Part shown: one piece after another, positions 50,046 to 64,000 of the stretch
How positions within the stretch are numbered: the stretch's first letter is position 1
Layout of the letters: the number at the start of each line of letters is the position of its first letter
DNA from: Macrostomum lignano
Taxonomy: Eukaryota
Reading direction: 5' to 3'
Length of the DNA: 64,000 nt
Assembly (NCBI GenBank): GCA_002269645.1
Contig: NIVC01001293.1
Location: forward strand, 186,001-250,000
Position numbers and translations under genes: made by a program
The notes under the pieces: model-generated
Told to the model about the DNA's origin: nothing
The model's database searches: none
What the model saw: only the letters and a program-made list of their open reading frames with translations

Positions 50046-51539
50046 GGAGTAGTAGGTAGCCTTCAATTGTCAATGGTAGATACTTCTAGCTGTAGTAGTA
50101 CACTCTACTGTCAGGCCATTGTTTACTAATAGTGAGTGTTAGTTTGGGACCTGGGTCAGCTGATCTGGCTGGCCTAGCGCTGTGCAATTTGAGAGAGCAG
50201 ATCGTACGTACAGAACTTGACTGCCTTGGCTCCCCCGCGTCTGGACTAACACGGGCCTCTCTGCTCCAGTGACAGCTATTTTCTATAGGCTAGGCTATAT
50301 AAGCTTTCCGCTTTCAAGGCCATGCGGGCAACACCGAGAAGACACTCATGCATGCTGTACAGCGGGCAGTGTACAGGGGAAGGGAGACAGGGGTGGGCGG
50401 GTGCGTACTTGGGCAGCGCTCTCCTAATGCGATGCGGGTTCTGCAATATAAGGCTGTGTCTATCGCAAGCTGTTTTTAGCTTCATTCCCTGAGATAAGTA
50501 GGTCAGCGTTGTGTTGTGTCGACGCGTGGTTCAATTTAAATGCAGCGGATTAACATTTTGCCGTTTTTAATCCGTTCAAATGCCATGGAAAACGAAAAAT
50601 GGCACGACAACCGCTGTGGGTTTAAATGATCGCCCGCTAAGGAAAAAAATTGTAGCGACGACAGGCTAATGACGACAAGTTGACGACAAGCTGACCAAAG
50701 TCACCCTGTCGTCGCCATTGGCAGTCGACCAGTCAGAGGCCGATAGAAAGCAAAGCGGATTTGGAAGCGTGCATTTCCACGATAATACTGAGTTAAACAA
50801 ATCATACTTATTTTAGTAAATCAAAATTAAATCGTATAAGGCTGTCGTCTCTAGCCTGTCATTGCTTGTCGTCAGAGTGTCGTCGCTGCCTTTTTCACAT
50901 TCACTAAAGAGAACGCACAGCGCTGAGTAGGGTTTCTGCCATAGACAAATCCGATACACTAGCGATATTACTAGCTACAGGCCTTCAGCTCGTTTCTAAG
51001 AAATTCTAAACTATCTCGAGGGTTCGTTGGCTTCTTTTTTGCACAGAAATCACTGGAACAAGCTTTACGCGGTTGCAGGTCGCTTAAGTATGCCAATAAA
51101 GTGGCACAAATATAAATGTCGCTTTTCTTGTTTACGGCAAATTATTGTAAAATGAAATGATGTGGGGTTTTTTTGGTTTCAACAGGGATGTAAGATCCTT
51201 GTTTATCGTGCCGAAAACACAATAAAAGAACATACAAAATGTTGTTATTCTTCTGCTGTACATTTTGAGTTAAAAATGTCTTTCCTATTTTGCAAACTAA
51301 AATTAGCTCGTATGAACAAAATGTTACATCATGGATGCTTCATCTCTATAAAGCAACAGCACAATACTTGACTGATCTTATATTAAAAAACAGCTTCCTT
51401 TAGAGTATAGCTAAAGTTATACAGTAGCCTAAAGTGTATAGCCACAGCAAAACTTATTAATCCTACGGGCTAAAATCCAAATTATATTGAAAGTGAATTG
51501 ACAACAACCCATATAGCTTTAGGCTTTGACAGGCATAAA

Positions 51540-54006
<2,467 letters not shown>

Positions 54007-54164
54007 GTCGCAACCGAGGCGTCTGAGACTCGTCTGAGCGTCTGAGGCAGACAGATCTATCTATTCAATACATGCGCACTTGAGGGCCAGTGGCGTATAC
54101 GCAGCAATTTTAAATTGGAGAGGGCCGCAACCCTAATAGATGCCAATATTTAGTGTCCTGGTAG

Positions 54165-55795
54165 GCGCCCCTGTCTCTTTTTTGGCGCCCCCTGTCTCTT
54201 TTTTGGCGCCCCCTGTCTCTTTTTTGGCGCCCCCTGTCTCTTTGTTGGCGCCCCCTGTCTCTTTGTTGGCGCCCCCTGTCTCTTTGTTGGCGCCCCCTGT
54301 CTCTTTGTTGGCGCCCCCTGTCTCTTTGTTGGCGCCCCCTGTCTCTTGGTTGGCGCCCCCTGTCTCTTTGTTGGCGCCCCCTGTCTCTTGGTTGGCGCCC
54401 CCTGTCTCTTGGTGGGCGCCCCCTGTCTCTTTGTTGGCGCCCCCTGTCTCTTTTTTGGCGCCCCCTGTCTCTTTGTTGGCGCCCCCTGTCTCTTTTTTGG
54501 CGCCCCCTGTCTCTTTGTTGGCGCCCCCTGTCTCTTTGTTGGCGCCCCTGTCTCTTTGTTGGCGCCCCTCTATCTTGGTTGGCGCCCCTGTCTCTTTGTT
54601 GGCGCCCCTCTATCTTGGTTGGCGCCCCTGTCTCTTTGTTGGCGCCCCCTGTCTCTTTGTTGGCGCCCCTGTCTCTTTGTTGGCGCCCCCTGTCTCTTTG
54701 TTGGCGCCCCTGTCTCTTTGTTGGCGCCCCCTGTCTCTTTGTTGGCGCCCCCTGTCTCTTTGTTGGCGCCCCCTGTCTCTTTGTTGGCGCCCCCTGTCTC
54801 TTTGTTGGCGCCCCTGTCTCTTTGTTGGCGCCCCTCTATCTTGGTTGGCGCCCCTGTCTCTTTGTTGGCGCCCCTCTATCTTGGTTGGCGCCCCTGTCTC
54901 TTTGTTGGCGCCCCTCTATCTTTGTTGGCGCCCCTGTCTCTTTGTTGGCGCCCCCTGTCTCTTTGTTGGCGCCCCTGTCTCTTTGTTGGCGCCCCCTGTC
55001 TCTTTGTTGGCGCCCCCTGTCTCTTTGTTGGCGCCCCCTGTCTCTTTGTTGGCGCCCCCTGTCTCTTTGTTGGCGCCCCCTGTCTCTTTGTTGGCGCCCC
55101 CTGTCTCTTTGTTGGCGCCCCCTGTCTCTTTGTTGGCGCCCCCTGTCTCTTTGTTGGCGCCCCCTGTCTCTTTGTTGGCGCCCCCTGTCTCTTTGTTGGC
55201 GCCCCCTGTCTCTTTGTTGGCGCCCCCTGTCTCTTTGTTGGCGCCCCCTGTCTCTTTGTTGGCGCCCCCTGTCTCTTTGTTGGCGCCCCCTGTCTCTTTG
55301 TTGGCGCCCCCTGTCTCTTTGTTGGCGCCCCCTGTCTCTTTGTTGGCGCCCCCTGTCTCTTTGTTGGCGCCCCCTGTCTCTTTGTTGGCGCCCCCTGTCT
55401 CTTTGTTGGCGCCCCCTGTCTCTTTGTTGGCGCCCCCTGTCTCTTTGTTGGCGCCCCCTGTCTCTTTGTTGGCGCCCCCTGTCTCTTTGTTGGCGCCCCC
55501 TGTCTCTTTGTTGGCGCCCCCTGTCTCTTTGTTGGCGCCCCCTGTCTCTTTGTTGGCGCCCCCTGTCTCTTTGTTGGCGCCCCCTGTCTCTTTGTTGGCG
55601 CCCCCTGTCTCTTTGTTGGCGCCCCCTGTCTCTTTGTTGGCGCCCCCTGTCTCTTTGTTGGCGCCCCCTGTCTCTTTGTTGGCGCCCCCTGTCTCTTTGT
55701 TGGCGCCCCCTGTCTCTTTGTTGGCGCCCCCTGTCTCTTTGTTGGCGCCCCCTGTCTCTTTGTTGGCGCCCCCTGTCTCTTTGTTGGCGCCCCCT
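54165..55795. repeat. 21-bp minisatellite (GCGCCCCCTGTCTCTTTGTTG)n, ~1.6 kb
   Basis: Highly homogeneous tandem array. Confidence 0.98.
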
Positions 55796-55886
55796 ATAAC
55801 ACGTCTTTTTGTTACGCCCAAGAGGCAAGAGGTGGAAGAAGTAATTTAGCTTTTGGAAGAGCCATGTTGGGTAGCTGTGCCCCCCC

Positions 55887-56853
55887 GGGGGCGCTTCATA
55901 AGACCTAAATTTCACAACGCCTAAAGCACATGACTTCACATCACCTAAATTTCATAACGCCTGAATTTCACAACGCCTAAAATCGAAAATGCAGCCTCCT
56001 TCACAACGCCTAAATTTCACATCGCCTAAATTTCATATCGCCTAAATTTCATATCGCCTAAATTTCACAACGCCTAAAACCGAAAATGCATCCTACTTCA
56101 TATCGCCTAAACTTCATATCGCCTAAATTTCACAACACCCAAAACTGAATGTGAAGGAGAGAAGCAAAGATTTTAGGCGTTGTGAAATTTAGGCGATATG
56201 AAATTTAGGCGATGTGAAGGAGGCTGCACTTTTGATTTTAGGCGTTGTGAAATTTAGGCGATATGAAATTTAGGCGTTGTGAAGGAGGCTGCACTTTTGA
56301 TTTTAGGCGTTGTGAAATTTAGGCGATATGAAATTTAGGCGTTGTGAAGGAGGCTGCACTTTTGATTTTAGGCGTTGTGAAATTTAGGCGATATGAAATT
56401 TAGGCGTTGTGAAGGAGGCTGCACTTTTGATTTTAGGCGTTGTGAAATTTAGGCGATATGAAATTTAGGTGATGTGAAGGAGGCTGCACTTTTGATTTTA
56501 GGCGTTGTGAAATTTAGGCAATATGAAATTTAGGTGATGTGAAGGAGGCTGCACTTTTGATTTTAGGCGTTGTGAAATTTAAGCGATATGAAATTTAGGT
56601 GATGTGAAGGAGGCTGCACTTTTGATTTTAGGCGTTGTGAAATTTAGGCGATATGAAATTTAGGTGATGTGAAGGAGGCTGCACTTTTGATTTTAGGCGT
56701 TGTGAAATTTAAGCGATATGAAATTTAGGTGATGTGAAGGAGGCTGCACTTTTGATTTTAGGCGTTGTGAAATTTAGGCAATATGAAATTTAGGCGTTGT
56801 GAAGTGTGGTGGTTTTAGGCGTTGTGAAATGTAGGTCTTATGAAAGCGTCCCC
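55887..56853. mobile_element. Foldback element with inverted TTTCACAACGCCTAAA arrays
   Basis: Termini GGGGCGCTTCATAAGACCTAAATTTCACAACGCCTAAA / TTTAGGCGTTGTGAAATGTAGGTCTTATGAAAGCGTCCCC. Inserted in a poly-C run, so the TSD is unresolved. Confidence 0.75.
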
Positions 56854-56997
56854 CCCCCTGGCTCGCTACGGATGAGGGCTGCATGTCTAAGCTCATCAAC
56901 TTTTGCTTGAGTATATAGTATCGCTGTACTTCTTAACGCTGGACCGATATTTTTCGTGAGATAAGGAAGTCTACTGCGACTATGTAGTTGTTAGTAG

Positions 56998-57225
56998 CAG
57001 AGGCGTGGCCGCCGGGGGGACAAGAGGAGAACTGCCCCCCCCCCGCAAAAGCTATGGGCGGACATGCCGATGCTTTGTCCCCGCCACCCCACTTTGTGAC
57101 CCGTTGTGAAAATTAAAAATTTTGCTCTAGGTCGACAAAATATAGTGCCTGCGGCGATTTAGTCATGTACATGTAGAATTCTTGGATTTGTTTCCCCCAT
57201 CATAAAATCCGTGGTGACGCCTCTG
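56998..57225. mobile_element. MITE with CAGAGGCGT/ACGCCTCTG termini
   Basis: 9-bp TIR; 5-bp direct repeat AGTAG at 56993-56997 and 57226-57230. Confidence 0.6.
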
Positions 57226-57994
57226 AGTAGTATAGCATGTACTATCAGTACAGCCACAGCTATTTGTTTAATCCGTGCATTTGAGAACTGAAGTTTAGAA
57301 GTGCGGTGTTACTTGTGTAAAACATTGCAAGAGACCCATAGGTGCCCTGGTATTTGTACATAATTTTGCACTATAGCTACTGTACATGCTTTTAAATTTG
57401 AATCATGCTGACTTGTGTTTTCTGACGCCCTATGGCAGTACGATAAGATCAAATCGAAGTCACGTGTTGAATGCCGTTCCTTTCAAGGCCCCTCATCTGC
57501 ATGTTATACTTTAAGCCCGGGAATTTAGTTTACCAGCAGTTTGAGATTTTTGTGGCTAGACATTGCAGAGCCCATACGATAAGTTCCGGATTTTTATCGA
57601 CTTTTCCTTTCTAAGAAACTATCGGACCCCTTTCAGTCCGTCTACTCAAGCCCATCCGCATCCAAAAATAGCCTGTGTTCGCATTCGTAAGTTCATTTTT
57701 CTATTTTTAAAAAGTATCAAAATAGAAACAATGCAGTTTTGTTTTTAGAACTGGGCACTTCTTCTTTAACATAAACAGATATAATTTTTTTTCTGTCCAT
57801 CTGTAAATAAATACTGCACTATGAAAGCTAGACAACTTAAATGCTGTACAAAGTGCAGAGATTGATAAAAAATATACGAATATACGAGTACATAGTTTCG
57901 TGTACAATTTCAAACTCGTTTCCGTAATGTTAAAGCCCAGGCTTCCAATTTATTAAGATACTTCTCTTCGCCATTCGTTAACCAGCATACACCC

Positions 57995-60504
57995 ATGCAA
58001 AGAGGCTCTTGCAGCAAGCAAAAACAGGTTATATGTGAAGCAGTTGAAATGGACGCATCAGAGTTGAAGCCTCCCGTTTCAGAGCTACAAGATAAGCCGG
58101 AAGACTCATCGAATGTTGAGAGACGGAGAAAAGTGGAGAATGCAGGAGGGCGAGACAATGCGGCTTCGACTGATAGCGCCTACTACAGCCGGCCCGGGTC
58201 TCGGACGTCCCGAGACTCTCAGAGATCGTCCCAGTCCAAAAGCGTGCTAAGGGTGTCGGAGATTGATGGAAGAGCAACCACCGAGTCAAGTATCAAGGAG
58301 GAAGATGAGTCAAATCACCCTGACAACTCGCGAGATGCCAGCGTGTCCAGTCACCCTGACAACTCGCAAGATGCCAGCGTGTCCAGTCACCCTGACAACT
58401 CGCAAGATGCCAGCGTGTCCAGTCACCCTGACAACTCGCAAGATGCCAGCGTGTCCAGTCATCCTGACAACTCGCAAGATGCCAGCGTGTCCAGTCACCC
58501 TGACAACTCGCAAGATGCCAGCGTGTCCAGTCACCCTGACAACTCGCAAGATGCCAGCGTGTCCAGTAACCTGAACGAGAAAGAACAGCGAGAATCCGGT
58601 GACGAATCTAAAGAGACTGGCTCATGTGGTCCCCCACAAGGAGAGGAGATTGTTCTGCGAAATTCATCCCACGGCGGTGCTGTCTCAGACGCGTCGTCGG
58701 GTCGCGAATCGAAAATGTCTACTGATTCGAGCGGTATGTGTCGGCTGTCTGTTTTTGATCTATCAGTAGCTACTTTGTTTTGTACGAATGGCTAAATTGT
58801 ACGAAGCCAAAAGGTTTTATTTACCCACTGCTTTCCTATCAGCACTTGTAAGAACTAGTGAGGTGCTCAAACCTTGTCCCTGAAAAATTCCGACGACTGC
58901 CGATGTACCCAATTTACGCCGACATGTTATACCGACAGTTTATTAGTTCAACTGTTGAAATCTGCTGACAGTGCAGAGTTCAGATGATTCACATTGACAC
59001 TTCAGGTCGTGACGGGGACGTTGAGTCGAATTCTGCGTCGGATTCAGGAAACCACGGCCGGAGCCGACAGGATGTCCCGTAAGCTGTTCCACTGTCCACT
59101 GATGTTTTGGGAGTGATTCAATAGATTGAAAGAGGAAAGGAGAGGGAACAGATCAGGAGAGAGAAGGGAAATAGGAGATGAGAAGATATATATGAGACAA
59201 GAGGGGAGAGAGGAGAGAGCTGAGAAGAGATACAGCTAGACCTTGAGCGGGCCGGATTGCTATTGTGAAATTTTAAAGGACCCGAGGGCAGGGTAAAGAG
59301 TCTTCGCGGGCCAAAGTTTGGCAACCCCTGATATGTGCACAAATCATCATTTCTTGCCCCAAGTGAGTCATCCTCGAACGGTCAGCAGCAGCAGGATAAA
59401 GTGCGGCGACGCCAAAGGCCAAAAAAGGACACCAGGCCCCGGGGCTTAGCTGTGCCATCCCAGTTCGGTCCTCAGACTGCAGAACACGACATGGCTTCGG
59501 ACATGCCATCCCAGTTCGCTCCTCAGACTGCAGAACACGACATGGCCTCGGACATGCCGTCCCAGTTCGGTCCTCAGACTGCAGAACACGACATGGCTTC
59601 GGACATGCCATCCCAGTTCGCTCCTCAGACTGCAGAACACGACATGGCCTCGGACATGCCGTCCCAGTTCGGTCCTCAGACTGCAGAACACGACATGGCT
59701 TCGGACATGCCATCCCAGTTCGCTCCTCAGACTGCAGAACACGACATGGCCTCGGACATGCCGTCCCAGTTCGGTCCTCAGACTGCAGAACACGACATGG
59801 CCTCGGACATGCCGTCCCAGTTCGGTCCTCAGACTGCAGAACACGACATGGCCTCGGACATGCCATCCCAGTTCGCTCCTCAGACTGCAGAACACGACAT
59901 GGCCTCGGACATGCCGTCCCAGTTCGGTCCTCAGACTGCAGAACACGACATGGCCTCGGACATGCCATCCCAGTTCGGTCCTCAGACTGCAGAACACGAC
60001 ATGGCCTCGGACATGCCATCCCAGTTCGGTCCTCAGACTGCAGAACACGACATGGCCTCGGACATGCCGTCCCAGTTCGCTCCTCAGACTGCAGAACACG
60101 ACATGGCTTCGAACATGCCATCCCAGTTCGGTCCTCAGACTGCAGAACACGACATGGCTTCGGACATGCCATCCCAGTTCGGTCCTCAGACTGCAGAACA
60201 CGACATGGCTTCGGACATGCCATCCCAGTTCGGTCCTCAGACTGCAGAACACGACATGGCTTCGGACATGCCATCCCAGTTCGGTCCTCAGACTGCAGAA
60301 CACGACATGGCCTCGGACATGCCGTCCCAGTTCGGTCCTCAGACTGCAGAACACGACATGGCCTCGGACATGCCGTCCCAGTCCGGTCCGAACGGTAACT
60401 CTACCGTGGAAACCAGTAGTCCTCAGGTAGCAAACCGAGGCGCAACCTCAGAAAGTGTCCGTGCTTCAAGTTGTGCTGAAGTTAATGCTTTCGAGCTCAA
60501 TTAA
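57995..60504 (+). CDS. Orphan Ser-rich disordered protein with 12-aa and 17-aa coding tandem repeats, paralog B
   Basis: Exons 57995-58733, 59006-59078, 59364-60504 (phases 1 and 2, as in paralog A). Contains 36-bp SSHPDNSQDASV x~7 and 51-bp PSQFGPQTAEHDMASDM x~18. Confidence 0.6.
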
Positions 60505-61204
60505 CATGTAAATTTGTGTGTAGTGGTTTTACGTACTCAATATTACATATATTTTACAATTGCAGTGGATTCCAATATTATAGTTGCAATTAACCAAGGA
60601 TATTTTTACTGTCTAAACAAAAAAACTTGTTTTTTTTCACTCTAGCTTTACCCTTATGGGGAAAGCAACTCTAAAGTTTTCAAAATCGTTACACGAAAAC
60701 CTCCCATAAATAAGTACGAAATAAACAAAATAAAAAAAACATTTACGAGTATTATACTTAGGAATAAAAAAATAATACAACGAACCAATAAGAAAAAATA
60801 CTAAAAAAATTATCAGCTTAAAGATAAATTTAAAATAGAAATAAAAGGTTAAATAAATAAACTAAACTTGAACATATTCTTCGAAAATTTTAATACATTA
60901 TTCACAGTCCAAATTTTATTGTTATCATTGAAATACTGAAGTAGCAAGTTCCAGATGGTCAGCTAATTTGTCATTCATAACAACGATTTTTTAATCCTGT
61001 AGCTAACTCACAAATTCGTTGTACATGGTTTCATACCTTACATTGCATGTAATTATCATGTCAATATACTATTAATACACGTATACATGCTTTCCTGTCC
61101 TACTTTAGGCCTAATTTAGACTGAGATTGAAAATAAACTTATTGTAATTAACTATTATTTTTATCAGTTATCAGGGATTGTGATTCTCTGATTCCTCCTA
61201 CAGA

Positions 61205-61390
61205 GTGATTCCTCATCTAGAGTGATCTCCTTCAAGAGACATTCCCCATTTAGAGTGATTCCCCATCTAAGGGTGATTCCCCATCCAGGGTGATTCCCCA
61301 TCTAGGGTGATTCCCCATCCAGAGTGATTCCCCATCCAGGGTGATTCCTCATCTAGAGTGATCTCCATCAAGAGAAATTCCCTATCCAGA
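61205..61390. repeat. ~17-bp minisatellite (AGTGATTCCCCATCTAG)n
   Basis: About 10 degenerate units. Confidence 0.8.
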
Positions 61391-62309
61391 GTTAAATATT
61401 CGAAAAACGAGTTTTCCCAATGCTTTCAATAGCTAGGCAACTAGAAAAGGTCAAAATCTCGACTGACTGTATCGCGATTCCAATTGAGATGGCGCCACAT
61501 CTTTTCTCTTCACTGTATAGTATAGGCCTTAAAACTGGCTGCAGTGTGCAAGGGGAAAAACAATGCTCAGTGGCTGCGTGTGTACATTCTGACCCTGAAT
61601 GACTGGCGGACTGCATTGACAATTGCTATTTATAGATTTCACTCAACTGTGCATTGGCTCTGCCTGCGCACTGAGCAGCCCATCACTGCTATGTATTTGA
61701 CTGCAGTGCCGAATCATATATGACTGATTTTATCGCCTTCCCATCAATAGGCGGATCGAGTAGCTGCACTGTAAGGCACTAGGACTATAGGTTTAGGCTA
61801 GGCGTAAGGTTCCAGGTTCGAGTCCCGGCTCCGGCGGACAATTATAGCTAAATTTATTCATCTCGAGCCTCGACTAAAATCATTTTTTTCTTAATTAGCA
61901 AGGCACACTTAATGAATTATTTTTGCTATTCGGCGCAATTATCTAAGCGAATTTGATTTGTAAAAAACTGCCTTGAGTACATATATTACTGATCCCATCG
62001 ATCCCATCGATTTGTATATCGTCTAGCTCCATGAAAGTGTGAAATTGCTAAACTGCAGACGATTCTGCAAAACTGCTGAAGGTATTGCTAAATGCTGAGT
62101 TTTGCAAGACTGCCGATATGTATCGAAAATGGATTAGTGAGCCGTACAATGCTGAGCAAATTATAGTTTTCTGAGGATACTGAGGAGCCGGCTGAGAGGA
62201 GAACTGCAGACTGCTGAGGGGATAAATCAATAAGCCTAGGATTACGAGCCGTATTGCACTTGATAAACCAAGGATTACTGCGCTTCATCATTGAGATCAT
62301 TTCGAATCG

Positions 62310-62990
62310 GACTGGGGGATCATTGCAAGCCTGACTGATGATTATTGCAAACCTGACTGGGATCATTGCAAGCCTGACTGGGGATTATTGCAAACCTGAC
62401 TGGGATCATTGCAAACCTGACTGAGGGATCATTGCAAACAAGACTGGGATCATTGCAAACCTGACTGGCATCATTGCAAACCTGACTGGCATCATTGCAA
62501 ACCTGACTGAGGGATCATTGCAAACTTGACTGGGGGATCATTGCAAACCTGACTGGGATCATTGCAAACCTGACTGAGGGATCATTGCAAACTTGACTGG
62601 GGGATCATTGCAAACCTGACTGGGATCATTGCAAACCTGACTGAGGGATCATTGCAAACTTGACTGGGGGATCATTGCAAACCTGACTGGGATCATTGCA
62701 AACCTGACTGAGGGATCATTGCAAACAAGACTGGGATCATTGCAAACCTGACTGAGGGATCATTGCAAACAAGACTGGGGGATCATTGCAAACCTGACTG
62801 GGATCATTGCAAACCTGACTGAGGGATCATTGCAAACTTGACTGGGGGATCATTGCAAACCTGACTGGGATCATTGCAAGCCTGACTGGGATCATTGCAA
62901 ACCTGACTGAGGGATCATTGCAAGCCTGACTGGGATCATTGCAAACCTGACTGAGGGATCATTGCAAGCCTGACTGGGATCATTGCAAAC
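62310..62990. repeat. 21-23-bp minisatellite (GGGATCATTGCAAACCTGACT[GA])n
   Basis: Directly abuts the truncated paralog C. Confidence 0.95.
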
Positions 62991-63710
62991 GTCCCGAGAC
63001 TCTCAGAGATCGTCTTAATCCAAAAGCGTGCTAAGGGTGTCGAAGGTTGATGGAAGAGCAACCGCCGATTCAAGTATCAAGGAGGAAGATGAGTCCAGTC
63101 ACCGTGACAACTCGCGAGAGGCCGGCATGTCCAGTCACCCGAACGAGAAAGGACAGCAAGAATCCGGTGACGAATCTAAAGAGACTGGCTCATGTGGTCC
63201 CCCACAAGGAGAGGAGATTGTTCTGCGAAATTCATCCCACGGCGGTGCTGTCTCAGACGCGTCGTCGGGTCGCGAATCGAAATGTCTACTGATTCGAGCG
63301 GTATGTGCCGGCTGTCTGTTGTTCTATCTTCTCATGCTACCGACTGAGACACCATAATTTATGAAGTGCTTGGTTACTGTAGTATTGTTGACCAAAAATG
63401 ATAGCTGAATGATGCGGAGCCAAAGGGTTTTATTTACCCACTGCTCTCCTATCAGCACTCGTAAAACTTGCTGAGGTGTTCCAACCTGGTCCCTGAAACA
63501 TTCCGACATCTGCCGATGTTACCCGACTTACCACGACATTATGCCGACGGATGACGATGTTATACCGACAATTGATCAGTTTAACTGTTTAGCAAGCAAA
63601 TGGTGCATATTTCGGATGATTCACGTTGACACTTCAGGTCGTGACGGTGACGTTGAGTCTAATTCTGCGTCGGATTCTGGAAACCACGGCCGGAGCGAAC
63701 AGAATGTTCC
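62990..63710 (+). pseudogene. 5'-truncated pseudogene copy (C) of paralog B
   Basis: Colinear with 58207-59078. CAG>TAA at 63016-63018, a 1-bp deletion in GAAAATG, and the same 73-nt exon 2 (63638-63710). Confidence 0.8.
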
Positions 63711-63801
63711 GTAAGCTGTTTCACTGCTGTTTGGTGAGTGATTCAGTAGATTGAAAGAGGAAAGAACAAATCGGGGAGAGAGAAAAGAAAAGAGATGAGA
63801 T

Positions 63802-63965
63802 CAGGGACTACTCAATTCTCGGGACGGGAAACGGCCAAATCATGCAGAAAAAAGATGGAGGCCGATTTTCTCTGTTCTCTGCTGATCTTATGTTTTATCG
63901 CAAGAGCTTCAGCTTTTTTCTGCATGATTTGGCCGTTTCCCGTCCCGAGAATTGAGTAGTCCCTG
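63802..63965. mobile_element. Young hAT MITE (164 bp)
   Basis: Perfect ~53-bp TIR starting CAGGGACTACTCAATTCTCGGGACGGG; 8-bp TSD GATGAGAT; absent at the homologous site of paralog B (~59175). Confidence 0.9.
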
Positions 63966-64000
63966 GATGAGATATATGAGACGAGATATAGAGATGAGAT

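Larger units (their letters stand above)
54088..56874. mobile_element. CA...TG non-autonomous element carrying a 21-bp array and a nested foldback
   Basis: Starts CAGTGGCGTA, ends CTACGGATG; 5-bp direct repeat AGGGC at 54083-54087 and 56875-56879. Confidence 0.5.

Noticed and set aside
54140-55939. Very long ORFs on both strands (569, 520, 406, 367 and 301 aa)
   Set aside because: Translations of a stop-free 21-bp tandem repeat; no domain or splice context.
59273-60354. Minus-strand 333-aa and 302-aa Cys-rich ORFs
   Set aside because: Antisense shadows of the 51-bp repeat; the plus frame is the one joined by in-phase splice sites.
61770-61850. tRNA gene (GGTTCGAGTCCCG)
   Set aside because: B box only; I could not fold a cloverleaf. 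Probably a SINE remnant.

Overview
Eukaryotic, intron-rich animal genomic DNA. GC-rich poly-Gln exons, minisatellite-filled introns and TTAGGG units suggest a flatworm such as Macrostomum, but that is inference only. Gene models were rebuilt by hand from GT/AG sites and reading phase. Minus strand: a C2H2 zinc-finger terminal exon, TRAPPC12, YTHDF, a 5-exon DUF4806-like gene nested in an ACAD9 intron, and an SLC46/PCFT-like transporter whose first exon is split by an insertion. Plus strand: an 8-exon ACAD9-like gene lacking the catalytic Glu, and three paralogous copies of an orphan Ser-rich gene, one of them a pseudogene. The rest is tandem arrays and non-autonomous transposons (hAT MITEs, a mariner derivative, foldbacks, tRNA-derived SINEs, Helitron-like minisatellite carriers, a tyrosine-recombinase relic). 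The most notable signals are four. (1) A roughly 13.5 kb domain between YTHDF and ACAD9 in which repeat copies carry almost purely C>T/G>A changes, at CpG and also non-CpG sites (RIP-like). (2) A hAT MITE carrying a 28S rRNA fragment that spans the R2/Pokey target site. (3) A Helitron-like family of modular minisatellite carriers. (4) An intron array built from about 30 copies of its own AG|GTGAG splice junction. Most long ORFs in the supplied track are artefacts of tandem repeats.
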